A stretch of DNA of 64,000 nt, taken from assembly GCF_963921235.1 (NCBI RefSeq), contig NC_086101.1, positions 3,970,001 to 4,034,000 on the forward strand, given 5' to 3'. Below the pieces are notes generated by a model that was not told the DNA's origin, did not search any database, and saw only the letters and a program-made list of their open reading frames with translations. The position numbers and the translations under genes were made by a program. Below are positions 26,501 to 39,864 of this stretch, piece by piece. Position 1 is the stretch's first letter; each line of letters begins with the position of its first letter. The stretch comes from Mobula hypostoma. Taxonomy: Eukaryota.

Positions 26501-27684
26501 ATATGGACTTCAGTAAGGCTTTTAACAAGGTTCCACACGGAAGTTTAGTTAGGAAGGTTAAATCGTTAGGTATTAATATTGAAGTAGTAAAATGGATTTA
26601 TCAGTGGCTGGATGGGAGATGCCAGAGAATAGTGGTGGATAACTGTTTGACAGATTGGAGGCCGGTGACTAGTGGTGTGTCTCAGGGATCTATACTGGGT
26701 CCAGTGTTGTTTGTCATATACGTTAATGATCTGGATGATGGGGTGGTAAATTGGATTAGTAAGTATGCAGGTGATACCAAGATAGGTGGAGTTGCGGAAT
26801 ATGAAGTAGGTTTTCAAAGCTTGCAGAGAGATTTAGGCCAGTTAGAAGGGTGGGCTGAAAGATGGCAGATGGAGTTTACTGCTCATAAATGTGAGCTGCT
26901 ACATTTTGGTAGGACTAATCAAAATAGAACATACATGGTAAAAGGTAGGGCATTGAAGAACGCAGTAGAACAGAGGGATCTATGAATAATGGTGCATAGT
27001 TCCTTGGAGGTGGAATCTCATGTTGATAGGGTGGTGAAGAAAGCTTTTGGTATGCTGGCCTTTATCAATCAGAGCACTGAATATAGGAGTTGGGATGTAA
27101 TGTTGAAATTGTACAAGGCATTGGTGAGACCAAATTTGGAGTATTGTGCACAGTTGTGGTCACCGGATTATAGGAAAGATGTCAACAAAATAGAGAGAGC
27201 ACAGAGAAGATTTACTGGAATATTACCTGGGTTTCATCTCCTAAGTTACAGAGAAAGGTTGAAAAAGTTGGGTCTTTATTCTCTGGAGCGCAGAAGGCTG
27301 AGGGGGGACTTGATAGAGGTATTTAAAATTATGAGGGGGATGGATAGAGTTGACGTGGATAAGCTTTTTCCATTGAGACTGGGGGAGATTCAAACAAGAG
27401 TGACATGAATTGAGAGTTAAAGGGCAAGAGTTTAGGGGTAACATGAGGTGGAAGTTCTTTACTCAGAGAGTGGTAGCTGTGTGGAACGAGCTTCCAGCAG
27501 AAGTGGTTGAGGCAGGTTCGATGTTGTCATTTAAAGTTAAATCGGATAGCTACATGGACAGGAAAGGAATGGAGGGTTATGGGCTGAGTGAAGGTCTGTG
27601 GGACTGGGTGAGAGTAAGTGTTCGGCACGGACCAGAAGGGCCGAGATGGCCTGTTTCCGTGCTATAATTATTATATGGTTATAT
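23560..27684 (+). mobile_element. Near full-length CR1 LINE, inactivated
   Basis: ORF1 from 23748 (CSIC...CKRC zinc finger, esterase); ORF2 APE-RT with KYAGD; TTATATGG tail. Confidence 0.95.
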
Positions 27685-28530
27685 TGTGTTTTGAAGTTCA
27701 AGGAAAGATTACACCAAGCCTGTAGCCTAGCGAGACAAAACTTAAAGTTTTCTCAGGATAAAATGAAGTGTTGGTAGGACAGAGAGACTCGTGAAAGAAA
27801 AATCCAAGTGGGAGATAAGGTGCTTGTTTTATTTCCAATATTGACGTACCCACTTCAAGCTAAATACCATGGCCCATATCAAATAGTGTCTAAAATAGAT
27901 GATGTAGATTTTATAGTCAGAACACCCGACCGACGAAAGTCAACACAGCTGGTACATTTAAATATGTTGAAATCATATTTTGAAGAGCAGGCACCACCCG
28001 TGAGTGTTGTTATCAAAACAAATGAATCTGGCAACCCTGGGAATGAATGAATTAACTCATCGGAGGTTTATTCTAAATGAAACATTGTCCCAGTAAGACT
28101 AACAAGTTCGACTGTTCTAGAAAACATTGATAACAAGTTGGCCTATTTGCAGCCACAGCAACGACAACAAATGAAGGAATTAATTTGAAATTTAAAGACT
28201 TATTTCCCGATGTTCCAAGGAGAACCACAGTCGCATCACATGACGTCAATGTTGGTCAGGCCACGCCCATAAAACAACACCCTTATCACATGAATATAGA
28301 AAAATGTAAACTGGCTGGACAAGAAGTTGAGTATATGTTAAAGAACGGCATTATTAGGCCTTCAACTTCAGACTGGAGCTCATCTTGTGTTATGGTACCT
28401 AAACCGGAAGGTAGTATTAGCTTTTGCACTGATGATGGAAAGGTGATGGCTTTAACAAAAACAGACGATTATCCCATCCCTAGGGTGCATGATTATATCG
28501 ACATGGTGAAGGAAAATGGTTAATTTTCAC
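27685..28530 (+). mobile_element. Gypsy pol fragment with integrase-then-RT order (Gmr1-like)
   Basis: GDKVLVL...QAKYHGPYQIV (integrase GPY/F) precedes PIKQHPY...WSSSCVMVPKPEGSISFCTD (RT N-terminus). Confidence 0.75.
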
Positions 28531-29657
28531 TCCCCTGTGTAATCCAACAGACTGAAAACCAAAAAATTAAAAGACAAAAAGATCGATTTGTGTTTGATGA
28601 AAGTAAGAAACAGGACAAAAAGTGGCCATTCGTCCCCTTTCACCTGTTCTACTCTTCACTCAGAACTTGGCTGATCATTGACCTCAGTGCCAATTTCCTG
28701 CACCCATCATCGCTGTGCCCTTTAAATCCAGAAATCTTTTGTAGAGAATTCCACTGCACACTGGGTGAGGAACTTTTCCTCATTTCAGTCCTGCTGAGGC
28801 GAACTCTGATTGTAAGTCTGTAACTCCTGGTTCCACACTCCATCCAGGGGAAACATCATTCCTGCCTCTACCCTGTCAATACCCAGTGAGACTGTGTCTG
28901 TGCCAGTGAGACCACCTCTTATTCTTCTAATTATGAGATAGTCTCGGTGAGTGTCATCTCCCTGAGGACAAGACGTGAAGGGTAAAGCTTTAAAGTAAGA
29001 GGGTCAAAGTTAAACCGGGATCTTCAAGGCATGCTTTTGGACACAATGAGTGGTATCTTCCTGGAATGTGCGGCTGGGATGGGGAGTGGTGGAAGTAGAT
29101 ACGATCGTGATGTTTAACAGACATTTAAACAGGGAATGGAGATTATGGATCATTTGCAACCTAACATGATGACATCATGGTCAGCATAGACAGTGTGGGT
29201 AGAATGGCCTGTACCTGTGTTGTACTGTTCTGTGTTCAGTGTTTGAAATATCACAGCCAGGGACCCAGCAATTTCGTCCCTGGATTCCCACCATGACAGA
29301 GGATACACTGGGTCACACCCTGGGATTTATTCAGCTTTATGTGTTCAAGCTGGCCAGCCTCCTGTGTAATGTCGGTATGTTTCAGGACATTCGTATTCTC
29401 CTCCCTGAATTCCCCAGCTTCCATCACCTTCTCCACAGTAAATACAGATGAGAAGTATTTATTTCAGACCTCACCCATCTGCTGTGTCTCCACACATAGA
29501 TAACGACACTGATCCTTCAAGGGACATATTCCATCACCAGTTACCCTTTTGTTTTCCACAGACTCAAAGAATATTTTTGGAATCACCTTTATCTTACCCG
29601 CTAAACCTATCTTGCGTCCCCTTAATGACCACTTGATTTTCCCTTTTTAGTGTTCTC

Positions 29658-30475
29658 TGTCACGTGACCGGCAACAAAGAATATAGAATTGAGTTGAGTC
29701 AGGTTTTATAAAAACAATCAAACATTTATTAAACTCTGCTCAATATATAAAAAGATAAACAAACGAAAAATCTTAACCGGAAGTAGACTGCTACGCGGCC
29801 AGTTAACAAACCGCCACTCAGTACTAGTTCTTAAAGCGCTAAATGCGAAAACAGTTCTTAAAGATTTATACAGTCAATTAGGAGAGACTTTCCTGAAGTA
29901 AAGAACTCCTCGAGGACACGACGTCACACAAGTCCCAGCCGAATCCTGCCTTGTCCGCAGGATTCACGACGACGGAAATAAAACGGTTTAAAGGCTCTGA
30001 CCTTTACCTCTGGATATTAGATCCTGCACAACCTTTTCTGCTGCTTTTAACGGAGGCTATCTCATGTAGATCACTCTTTCTTGAACGAATTCAATAATGG
30101 TCGATCCTTTCAACCACTGAACGACTCCTTCAGGTTGCTGTCTTCACTCTCCAATACTACTGAAAAGACACATCAACAAACCTGGCAACGTTGGTTAAAC
30201 TGCCGGCCTAACACTGTTGTATCTTACAATAGAACGTAAAACTCCGTTTTAAATCGAAACTGCGTCAAAAAACAAATATGCAGTGGAGCGGTGTATCTGG
30301 CTAACGTTCTAACTAGAAAACTAACTGCGTTACCAAAGGGTCCACACTTACATACCTGGTGAGAACAGGTCATCACGTGATCTCACATCGGCGGGAAAAT
30401 TACATCAGGTGACCTCCAAAAGACCATTACATCCTCCTCATAAGACAGTCACAAGATATCCATGAGGTATATCCA
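29658..30475 (-). mobile_element. Solo LTR related to 19802-20583
   Basis: TG...CA termini; imperfect 4 bp flanks TCTC/ACTC; shared blocks ccagccgaa..gccttgtccg, catcacgtga, agaccattacatc. Confidence 0.7.
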
Positions 30476-31209
30476 ACTCCTACACCCCTTCTACTCCTCG
30501 AGGACCCGAGTCTGTTTCCCCTGACACACGACTCCATCCTGTCCAGAGCCTCAATGACCCTCGTCACCCAGGGTTCCGTCATCCCGGCAGTCTCGCCATT
30601 CACTCTAACAAGGACAGGCTGATCCTGAACCTTTACAAACTCAGTTTTAAAGCCGCTCACTTGCCAGATGTCTGTTTACTTGGGACCACCCTCCTGTTGT
30701 ACACCTCTATTCATTCCCCGACCCCTTCTATTCTTCCTCAGTTCACTCTGTTCACTGCTCTGAACATCAGAAATAGCAGCAAGAGGAGGCTGTTCAGCCC
30801 CTCGCACCTGCTATCCCATTGAATAAGATCAAAACCACCTCACTGAGCTACAGATGCAAAGGACGTGACAGAAGTGGAGGTAAGAGAGGAGGGGGAGTTG
30901 TGATGTTGATTTGGGAGAACATCACCACAGCATTTAGAGACATCCTTGTGGGGATGAAACGTGTTTGTGATAGGAGGCAGAGGGTGGTGCCATGGTCGGT
31001 AATTTTTATGGATGTGAGGTGAGAGTGGAAAACAATTAAGAAGATCTGAAGAGAAACATTTTCCACAGGGAAGATGGAAAAAGCTGCAAGTGGATGTGAA
31101 TTTGAACAGAAATTTGATGAAATCATATTCACCTAATTATCAAACAATCAATCACATTTCTTTTATGTTCTGATATATAGACTAATACATTAATGATTTG
31201 GATGAGAAT

Positions 31210-32820
31210 GTGGGTGAGCTGATCAGTAAACTTGCAGATGGTGGACAGTAAAGGTGTTTAATTATCAATTGAACATACCATATGACCATAACATATAGAA
31301 GCTCAATGGCCCACTGAGTCCGCTCTGCTATTTTAACCTGGCTGATCCAATTTTCCTTTTTGTCCCAATCTCCTGCCTTCTCCCCGTGTCCCTTCATGTC
31401 CAGACCAATCAAAAATCTATCAACCTCTGCCTTAAATATACATAAATACTTGACCTCCCCAGCTGCCTGTGGAAAAAAAACATTCCACAGATTCACCACC
31501 CTCTGGCTAAAGAGATGTCTCCTCATCTCCATTCTTAAAGGACGCCCCTACATTCTGAAGCTGTGTATTTTGGTTTTAGACTCTCCCACCATAGGAAACA
31601 TCCTCTACACATGCACTCTATCATAACGGCCTTTCACTATTTGATGGTTTGCAATGAGGTCCTCCTCATTCTTCTGAATTCCAGTGAACACTGACACAGA
31701 ACTCGTATCACAAGCCATTTATTCTTGTGAATCTCCTCTGAATTCTCTCACTTTCAGCACATTCTTTCTGAGATAAGAGGCCCAAACCTGCTCACAATAC
31801 ACCAAGTGAGGCCTCTCCAATGCCCTATGAAGTTTCGACATTACATCCTTGCTTTAAAATAGTAGTCCTCTTGAAATGAATGCCTTCCTGACCGTAGAAT
31901 CAACCTGCAAATTAACCTTTAAGGAATCCTACACAAGGACTTCCAAGACCCTTTCCACCTCAGATTTTTGTCCGTTGTTTCAGATTCAATCGTCCAATGT
32001 GTCAGGTACAGTGAAGGGAAGTGTACGGTCATGTAGTCTGGTGGAAGGAATAAAGGCATGGAATATCTTAACAAGGGGAGCAAATTCAGAATTCAGGGGT
32101 GCGAAAGGACATCGGGGTCCTCATGCAGAATCCCCCAAACAGCAAATTACAGGTTAGGCCAGTGGTATGGAAGGAAAATGCAATGTATCCTCCATTTCGA
32201 AAGGTCGGTAATATAAATGCAAGTATGTAACACAGTGGCCTTATAAGGCATTGGTTAGATTGAATTTGAGGTATTCTGAACAGTTTTGGGCCCCTTATCT
32301 AACATAGAACATGATGGTGTTTGGTTGAGATGTGGTTCTCAATAATGATCCCGGGAATGAAAGAGTTAATGTATGAGGAACATTTAATGTCTCTGTCCTG
32401 TACTCACTGGAGTTTAGAAGAATAGGGACTGTGGTGGGTCTCATTTGAACCAAATGAATATTGAAAAGCCTGGACAGAGTGGATGTGGAGGATGTTTCCT
32501 GTCTTGGGGAGTCTGGGACCAGTGGTCACCTTCTCAGAATGGGAGAATGCCCCTTCAGAGCAGAGATGAGAGGAATTTCTTTCCCAATATGGTTGTGGGT
32601 GTACCGAATTCATTGCCACAGGTTTCTGTGGAGACAATGTCATTGGGTACGTTTAATATGGAGGTTGATAGATTATTGATTCGTAAGGGTATCAAAGCTT
32701 ATGGGAAGAAGGCAGGGGAATGGGTTGGAGATGGATAATAAATCTGCCATGTTGGAATGGCAGAGAAGAGGGGATGGGATGAAAGGCCTAACTCTGCTCC
32801 GATGTGTTATGCTTTTATGG
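31210..32820. mobile_element. Oppositely oriented decayed CR1 3' fragments
   Basis: FSQRVVNLWN (minus, about 31500); plus-strand RT tail about 32000-32820. Confidence 0.75.
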
Positions 32821-33481
32821 ACCAGACTGCCTCACAGAGAGTGTCAGGAGAGGACAGACAGGATACAACTTAACTGCTCTCAGTCCATGGAGTTGGGGAG
32901 TGGGACGGCACCCACACAACACTTTCTCCACCCTCCAGGTACACAGGGTGTGGGCTCCAATTACACTCCCAGAGGGTGATAACCCAACCCTGGCCAGATC
33001 AAAGGTGTGGTAAACTCTCTGTGGGGCTCATTCTCTCAGAGCAACACCGATGTGGAATCATGGCCCAAAATGTCGATGGTTTATTCCTCTCCAGAGATGC
33101 TACCTTTCGGGCAAATGGAGCTCGTCACCCGTGGCTGGCAGCTCATAGAGGAGAAGGAAAACTCTGATCTCAAACCTCCCCTGCTCTGCAGCCATACCCA
33201 CTCGTGGGGAAGGCATCGGTGGTAAACCCCGAGGAAAAATCCTGAGCTGGAGTCCCTGAGGCAGGTCTACGTTGAGTTCATGCTGACTGACAAAGTCTGA
33301 AACGATGCTGGTGTCAGACTGTATTGGTCTCTGCCCCTCCTTTGGATTTATCAGCTACACAGAGAGTGGGAGCCTCCTGCATGGACAACAGCTTGTTCTC
33401 CGTATTGTACTGTCCCGACTTGCTGAGCCCGACCAATGGAGGGCCTCAGATGCTGCCTGACCTGCTGAGTTCCTCCAGTAC

Positions 33482-33483
<2 letters not shown>

Positions 33484-33529
<46 letters not shown>

Positions 33530-33538
33530 TGTGTGTGT
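33484..33538. repeat. (TG)n microsatellite within a Penelope terminal motif
   Basis: Read directly from the sequence. Confidence 0.95.
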
Positions 33539-35029
33539 CTATCTGTCTGTCTGTCTCTGGATTTCAAGAACCTGCAGAATCACTTGCATTTATCATTCTT
33601 CTCCAGCCTCCCTCAACTCCATCGACATGACACTGTGCGCGCACGCCGGGGAGGCACCATGTCGTCACATACTGAATGACTCCTGACGAGTCCAGCACGA
33701 CAAAACGACATTTACAAGGACAATGTCAGTAGACAAGGGACTGAGTCACAGGGAAAGGTGGAACTGGCTGAACCTTATTCTTCACAGCGCAGGAGAGTGG
33801 AGGGTGACCTTAGAGAGGTGTATAAAATTGTGAGTGACACAGATGCCAAAGACTATCACAAATGGAAACATTTTAATGGGTTGCCTCACCATCTAGTACG
33901 GAGGGGTCACTGCGCAGGACTGGGAAAAGCTGCAGAAAGTTGTAAAGTCACCAAGCTCCATCATGGACATTGGTGTCCCCAGCATCGAGTATATCTTCAG
34001 CAGGTGATGCCTCAGAAAAGTGGCTCCCATCATTCAGGACCCCCAGTCACCCAGGACAGACCCCTTCTGATTGCTGTCATCACGAGGGAGGTACTGGAGC
34101 CTAAAGACACACACTCAGTGTTTTTGGAACAATATCTCCCCTTCCACCATCAGATTTCTGTATGGACAGTGAACCCCAGAACAGTTCCTCAGCTCTTTTC
34201 TCCTTTTGCACTAGGTACTAACTTTTATTTTATATACATTTCTTCTTGTAACTTAATAGTTGATTATCATTATTATTTATTGCACTGTACAGCTGAAGAT
34301 GTGCAGAGGGTGCAGAGATTTACAGGACGCTGCCTCGATTAGGGAGCATGTTTAATGAGGAAAGGTTGAGCGAGATAGATTTCACAACAGTCAAAACTGC
34401 CCAATGCGTAACGGCCATCTACGACATATATTCAGAAAGGTGCTGGAAAAGGACCAGGATCATCATGAAGGAAGACACACACCTTGCTCACGAACTGTCT
34501 GCCCCACTCCCGTTACGGAGGAGGCTATGCAGCATCCACGTCAGGACAACCAGACTCAAAAACAGTGACTTTCCCCAAGCAGAAAGGCCGAACGACACCT
34601 CCACTCACAGACCCACCCCTGCACATCCCCGACCAGCACTACTTTATCATTTCCTGTCAGAGTCACCTTATGTACGGACACTCCTGTGCCGAGCATCATT
34701 TCATAGACATAGTAGTAGGTAGCCATCGTTCCCAGGGGATCGCGGGTTTGCACCTCTCTTGGGCTGTCCTCTCCAGGGCACAGGTCTGGGCGGGAAGATT
34801 TGAAGAACATGCAGCAAGTTACCCCTCTCCACGTCACTGATGTAGTCCAAGGGAAGGGCAAGCCCCGCTACAGCTTGGCACCAGAGGTTGCCAGAGTGAA
34901 GTTGTAAACAACATCAAACTGCCTTCGGGACCCCGGATCCGGATTTCTTCCTCAGGGTTTGCTACCAAAGCCTTTCCCATTGGTGGGTATGGCTGCAAGG
35001 CAGTGGAGGTTTACAATAAGTTTTCCTTC

Positions 35030-36350
35030 TCCATAGAGCAAAGGAGGATGAGAGCAGACTGATAAAAGTGTGCAAGATGATAAGAGGCACAGATAGTTTG
35101 GAAAGACAGCACATTTTCCCTGGACGAAAGTGGCCAATACCAGAGGACATCCATTTGAAGCGACTGAAGGAAAGCTTAGGAAAGGTGTCAGAGGAAAGTT
35201 TTCAGAATTCTGAGAGTATTTGTCGAATGACACCAGATTTATTTTAAGAACAGCTTGTATCTGAGACCACTGGGGAATCTGCTATTCTTAGATTGGATGT
35301 TCTATAATGAACTTGATTTGATTCGGGAGCTTGAGGTAAAGGAATCCTTTGGAGACTGTGATCATGATATGATATAATTCACCCTCCAATTTAAGAGGGA
35401 GAAGTGAAAGTCAGATGTATCAGTATTACAGTGGTGTAAAGACAATTGCAGAGAGGGGCTGGCCAGATTTGATTGGAAAGGTACACGAGCAGGGATAACA
35501 GCAGATGGAGTTTCTGGGAGCAATTTGGAAGGCACAGGATAGATACATTCCAAAGAAAAAGAAGTATTCTAAAGGCAGGATGACTCAACCATGGCTGACA
35601 AGGGAAGTTAAAGCCAACTAAAAGTAAAAGAGAGGGTGTAAAACAGAGCGAGGTCAGAGAATTAGGAAAATCTCAAAACAACCAATAAAGCAACTGTAAA
35701 GTGATAAGGAGGGAAAAGATGTAATATGAAGGTATGCTAGCCAACAATTTGAAAGTGGATACTAAACCTTTTTTTTTGGAAACAGAAGGAGTAAAAAGAG
35801 GGAAGGGTACATATTGCATCATTGGAAAATGACACTGGAGAGGTGGCAACGGGGGACACGGAAATGGTGGATGAACTGAATCTGTATTTTTCATTACTCT
35901 TCACTGTGGAAGACCCTGCGGCATGCTGGAAGTTTAAGCGTATCATGGACAGAAGTGAGTGTAGTTGCTATTTCTAGGGAGAAGGAGCTTGGGAAACTGA
36001 AAGGTCTGAAGGTAGATAAGTCACCTGCACCAGATGGACTAAGTCCCAGGATTCTGAAAGAGACAGCTGAAGAGAATGTGGAGGCATTAGCAATGATCAT
36101 TCAAGATTTACTATATCTGGAATGGTTCCTGAGGACTGGAAAATTAGAAATGTCATTCCAGCCTTCAAGAAGGGAGGATGGGTGAACAAAGGAAAATATA
36201 GGTCAGTTAATGATTCCCAACCTCAGTGGTTGGGAAGATGTTGAATTCGATTGTTAAGGATGTGGTTTTGGAGTACTTGGAGGTGCATGATAACATAGAC
36301 CAAAGTCAGCTTGGTTTTCTTCAGGGACAATATGGACTGACAAATGTTTT
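35030..36350 (+). mobile_element. Decayed CR1 ORF2 fragments
   Basis: LKVDKSPAPDGLSPRILKE. Confidence 0.8.
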
Positions 36351-36359
36351 AGAAGTCTA

Positions 36360-36540
36360 AAACCGGTCCAGTCGCTCCCGGTTCCAAACACCGGACCGCA
36401 TTCCGCCCCGAGCGCTCTGCGTCCCGCCCACTGACACTGGGCGGGGCTGACCGCAGCCAATGAGAGCCGGATTCTCCCAGCAGTGCTCGCTGATTGGCTG
36501 TGAATGTGGCTGAGAACGAAGTTCCCCGAAACTCAAAAGC
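36360..36540. promoter_or_regulatory. CpG-rich promoter-like island with GC boxes, CCAAT boxes and a GAS site
   Basis: CCGCCC 36403 and 36424, GGGCGG 36439, CCAAT 36457, ATTGG 36493, TTCCCCGAA 36522-36530. Unique sequence between two LINE fragments. Confidence 0.55.
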
Positions 36541-37075
36541 TCAAAGTACACTTTATCATCAGGGCACCAAAATGTCTCCACACACAACCCTGGGATTTAT
36601 TTTCCTGCGGCCATACTAAGAAAATCTATAAAATAGTAACTATAACAGGATCAATGACTGATCTACCAGTGTGCAGAAAACAACAAACTGCACAAATGTA
36701 AATACAAATAAATAAATAAAGACAGGGAAGGTGAAATAACAAGGTAAAGTGTCTTTAAAGTGCATGACACTGGTTGTGGGACCATCTCAATGGATGGGCA
36801 AGTGTGTGTAGTTATCCTCTCTTGTTGAAGATCCTGATCTTTGAGGGCCAGTAACTGTTCTTGAACCTGATGCTGTGAGTCCTGAGGCTCTTGTACCTTC
36901 TGCCTGATGGCAGCAGCAAGAAAAGAGCATGGCCTGGGTGGTGAGGATCTCTGATGCTCGACGCTGCTTTCCTCTGACAGCGTTTCATGTGGACATGCTC
37001 AGTGGTTGGGAGGGCTCTCCCTGTGATGTACTGGGCCGATTCCATTTCCTTTTGTAGGTTCATCACACTCTCGAT

Positions 37076-37660
37076 GTGAACCTTGTGTTAATGAAATGGG
37101 TCACATTCATTCAGACCAGCACCTTTGACCACGGGTCTGTCAGGCAGTGGTCAGCGTGGAATGTCCTGCAGTTACTGCAGGACAACGATTGGATGTACCT
37201 AGTGTGGTGGTTCCCTGAGCAGACAGTCCAGACCATCAGCAGATCTCACCATCAGTCACCAAGACCTGGCCTGGCTGGCAGGGAGAGGAGCCCTCCCAGT
37301 CTGGTCCTTGCTGCACACCCGGAGCATCACTCCCTCAGCGCGCTGCCCCGGGGTTGATGCAGCGGAGATGAGACCGTCTCTCAGCTCTCTGCGGACTGTG
37401 GGCTTGTGAATAAGATGTGGAGAAAGATGCAAGAGTCCGTACCACGGCAGCTGAGTGACACTGATCTTCAGGTTGTTCCCAGGACACACAGGAAAACGGA
37501 GTGACCACAGACAGGGGTTCCTAACCTGGGGTCCACTGACCCCTCGTTAATGGTATTGGTCCATGGTATAAAAAGGGATGGGAACCCCTGCTGTGGAGGA
37601 GTGTAGCCGACTGGCACGTTCCAGGCTGCAGGCGTACGTGCTGAGGGACACATTGAAGGG
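37076..37660 (+). mobile_element. Tx1/L1-clade ORF2 C-terminal fragment
   Basis: FDHGSVRQWSAWNVLQ...WFPEQTVQTI; HQDLAWLA..GALPV; cysteine-knuckle remnant; SRLQAYVLRD. Confidence 0.6.
37512..37590. mobile_element. 79 bp hAT-type MITE
   Basis: Perfect 10 bp TIR CAGGGGTTCC/GGAACCCCTG; no clear TSD. Confidence 0.65.
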
Positions 37661-38472
37661 ATAGGGTTCCTCTGCTACTCGACAGGGAGAGGCCGGGTTG
37701 GGTGAGGAAGTCTCTCTATTATTGTAGTACTGAACCACCCCAGGGGCCACATGAGCGACAACAGTCTGATCAGTTTTAATGAATGTAAAAGAACACTAAG
37801 TATTGGATTTACTGTGAATGTAAATTCATTGGTTAAAGGCATTGCACAGATTATTCTTGAGAATATTTTTAAATTGTGAATGAAGTTTATTTTGATAAAA
37901 AGAATGCAACTTGTGGTCTGTGTCCAGAATGAGGGAGACCAGGCCTCCCATTGGAACCAGGATAGACATGGCTGAAGTCAGGAAGATTGTTCACTTGAAG
38001 GGCAGAGTAAAGCAGAACTTCACTGAAACACTGAATGTTTTCCATCCTGTGACATATAATATCCAGTTCAGTGCTTTTTCCTGCAGCCACAGGCCATCAA
38101 CCGTCTCCTCACAGCACAATAAACTCCTCTCATCCCAGTTTCGTAGCATGAACTAATTTAACACTAATTTAAATGTTTACTTAACCACTGTTTTACACCC
38201 CAGTCTGACTCTCTTTGGACTTCGAGAAAAATTTAAAAATGAGCTGCTGGAGGAACTGAACGGGTCAGACAGCATCTGTAGGGGGAATGGACAATCGATA
38301 TTTTGGTTTGAGACAGTCCAGATGAAAGATCTTGACCCCGAAAGTTGATTGAACATTTCTCTCCACAGATGCTGCCTGACCCACTCAGTTGCTCCCACAT
38401 CTTGTTTCTTACTACAGCTTCCATCATCTGAATTTCTTGTGCCTCTCTTCTCAGGGCTTGTCTCTTTCACTC

Positions 38473-38646
38473 CTGCCTTCAAACAGCCCCCTCATGTTCT
38501 TCTTAATCCCATCACACCTACTGGGGCACCAGCCGCCAACAGCAGCTCCCCAGAGGCCTCTGCCTTCAAACAGCCCCTTCATGTTCTTCTTAATCCCATC
38601 ACACCTACTGGGGCACCAGCCGCCAACAGCAGCTCCCCAGAGGCCT
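38473..38646. repeat. 87 bp tandem duplication
   Basis: 38473-38559 and 38560-38646 differ at one base. Confidence 0.9.
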
Positions 38647-38869
38647 CAGTCCTGGGCAGAAGGTTGATCAGCCCTGTGGCTTTTCCTTTCACCACACAAA
38701 TTCAATCGTCTTCCAGGGGAAGGTCCTTCCTATCCCAGGGATGAGGCCTTTGGAGATTCAGTTGGCGTTCCTGTCACACTGTGTTTTTACAGGATGGGGT
38801 GGTTAGCCCCATGACCTCGTCTTGCGGCCAGGCTTGGGCAGTCCATGGCCAACTTTCCGACCTGTTCAA

Positions 38870-39741
38870 TGTGATTCTGATCCCACCCCGAGGTGGAACC
38901 GGCAGTGTTTCCTTCCTACTGAGCACAAGTATAAACGCCCTGGTTCCAATTTTTACTGCTGTCTGTAGGTATTTCATTTTAGCAGTTTTATAAGAGCAGT
39001 CTGTTCTGCTTTCTGGCCTGTTTGGGTTTGAGCTAAGATAAGGGGCTTTGATGTTCAACTTAGGAATGTTGTGTCGGCCAATCAGGATGGTGGAATTGGA
39101 AGAAGGTTCTAGAGAAGGCCGGACGGAGAGGTTTATGTGTGGACACTGGTGTGGTTCGAGGTCTTTTTGGTGAGGGCTGGGAGGAGACAGGAGAGAAGCT
39201 GGCTGAGGATGCCGTCCCGTTGCACAATGTTGTTTATGCAGTTGAATGACTTCAAGGAGGAAGGACCTATACTCCCGAGGGGGAGTCCGTTTGTTCGAGA
39301 TGGATTTCGACTTTTCGAGCGAATTCGGAAGGTGGTGTGTACTTTCAGACAGACCGAGGGTCCAACGTGTGAGTTAAAGACAACTTCAGGATGAGCTCCA
39401 ACTTATATGCACCTTATGGTGGGCCCTTATATTTCCTTTTTTTCTTTTCTTTAATAACTGTTCAGTTAAGTTAACATTCATAAATATTCTTTATTTATAA
39501 TTGCATGCTATGTATGGTCTGTTATTTTTGCCGCCGGGCGATTGCATGGGAACAGTAAGTTACACAGCATTCACAGAGATCGGGGTTCGGGTGGGCGAGA
39601 CATCCCAACCTCACGGATTTAGCGGGACTAAGTCATATCTACTCTAGACATACAGAGTGTGGGAAAGGTGATTTCCTTACCGCTGATTCCGGTGGCTGTT
39701 AGCGAGGGGCTCCAGACACGGCCAGTAAAAGGGGTTTCACA
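38870..39741 (+). mobile_element. Probable solo LTR ending 123 bp before the TRIM ATG
   Basis: TGTGA...TCACA termini; internal CCAAT and AT-rich U5-like tract; TSD unclear. Confidence 0.55.
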
Positions 39742-39774
39742 CACAACAACATAATGTTCATTCCGTCAGACTGC

Positions 39775-39805
39775 AGCGCACCTAGTGGACAATCGCGGTA
39801 CTGCA
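39775..39805 (-). promoter_or_regulatory. CTCF-like site with upstream module (core one G short)
   Basis: Minus strand TGCAGTACC-GCGAT-TGTCCACTAGGTGCGCT. Confidence 0.4.
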
Positions 39806-39823
39806 GGCGTTCAGCAGCTCCCC

Positions 39824-39852
39824 GAAAGTGAAAGGATCCTGAACCAGGAAGT
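39824..39852 (+). promoter_or_regulatory. ISRE/IRF-E-like and ETS motifs just upstream of the TRIM ATG
   Basis: GAAAGTGAAAG 39824-39834 fits GAAANNGAAA; CAGGAAGT 39845-39852. Confidence 0.4.
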
Positions 39853-39864
39853 GCCGGAGTTAAC

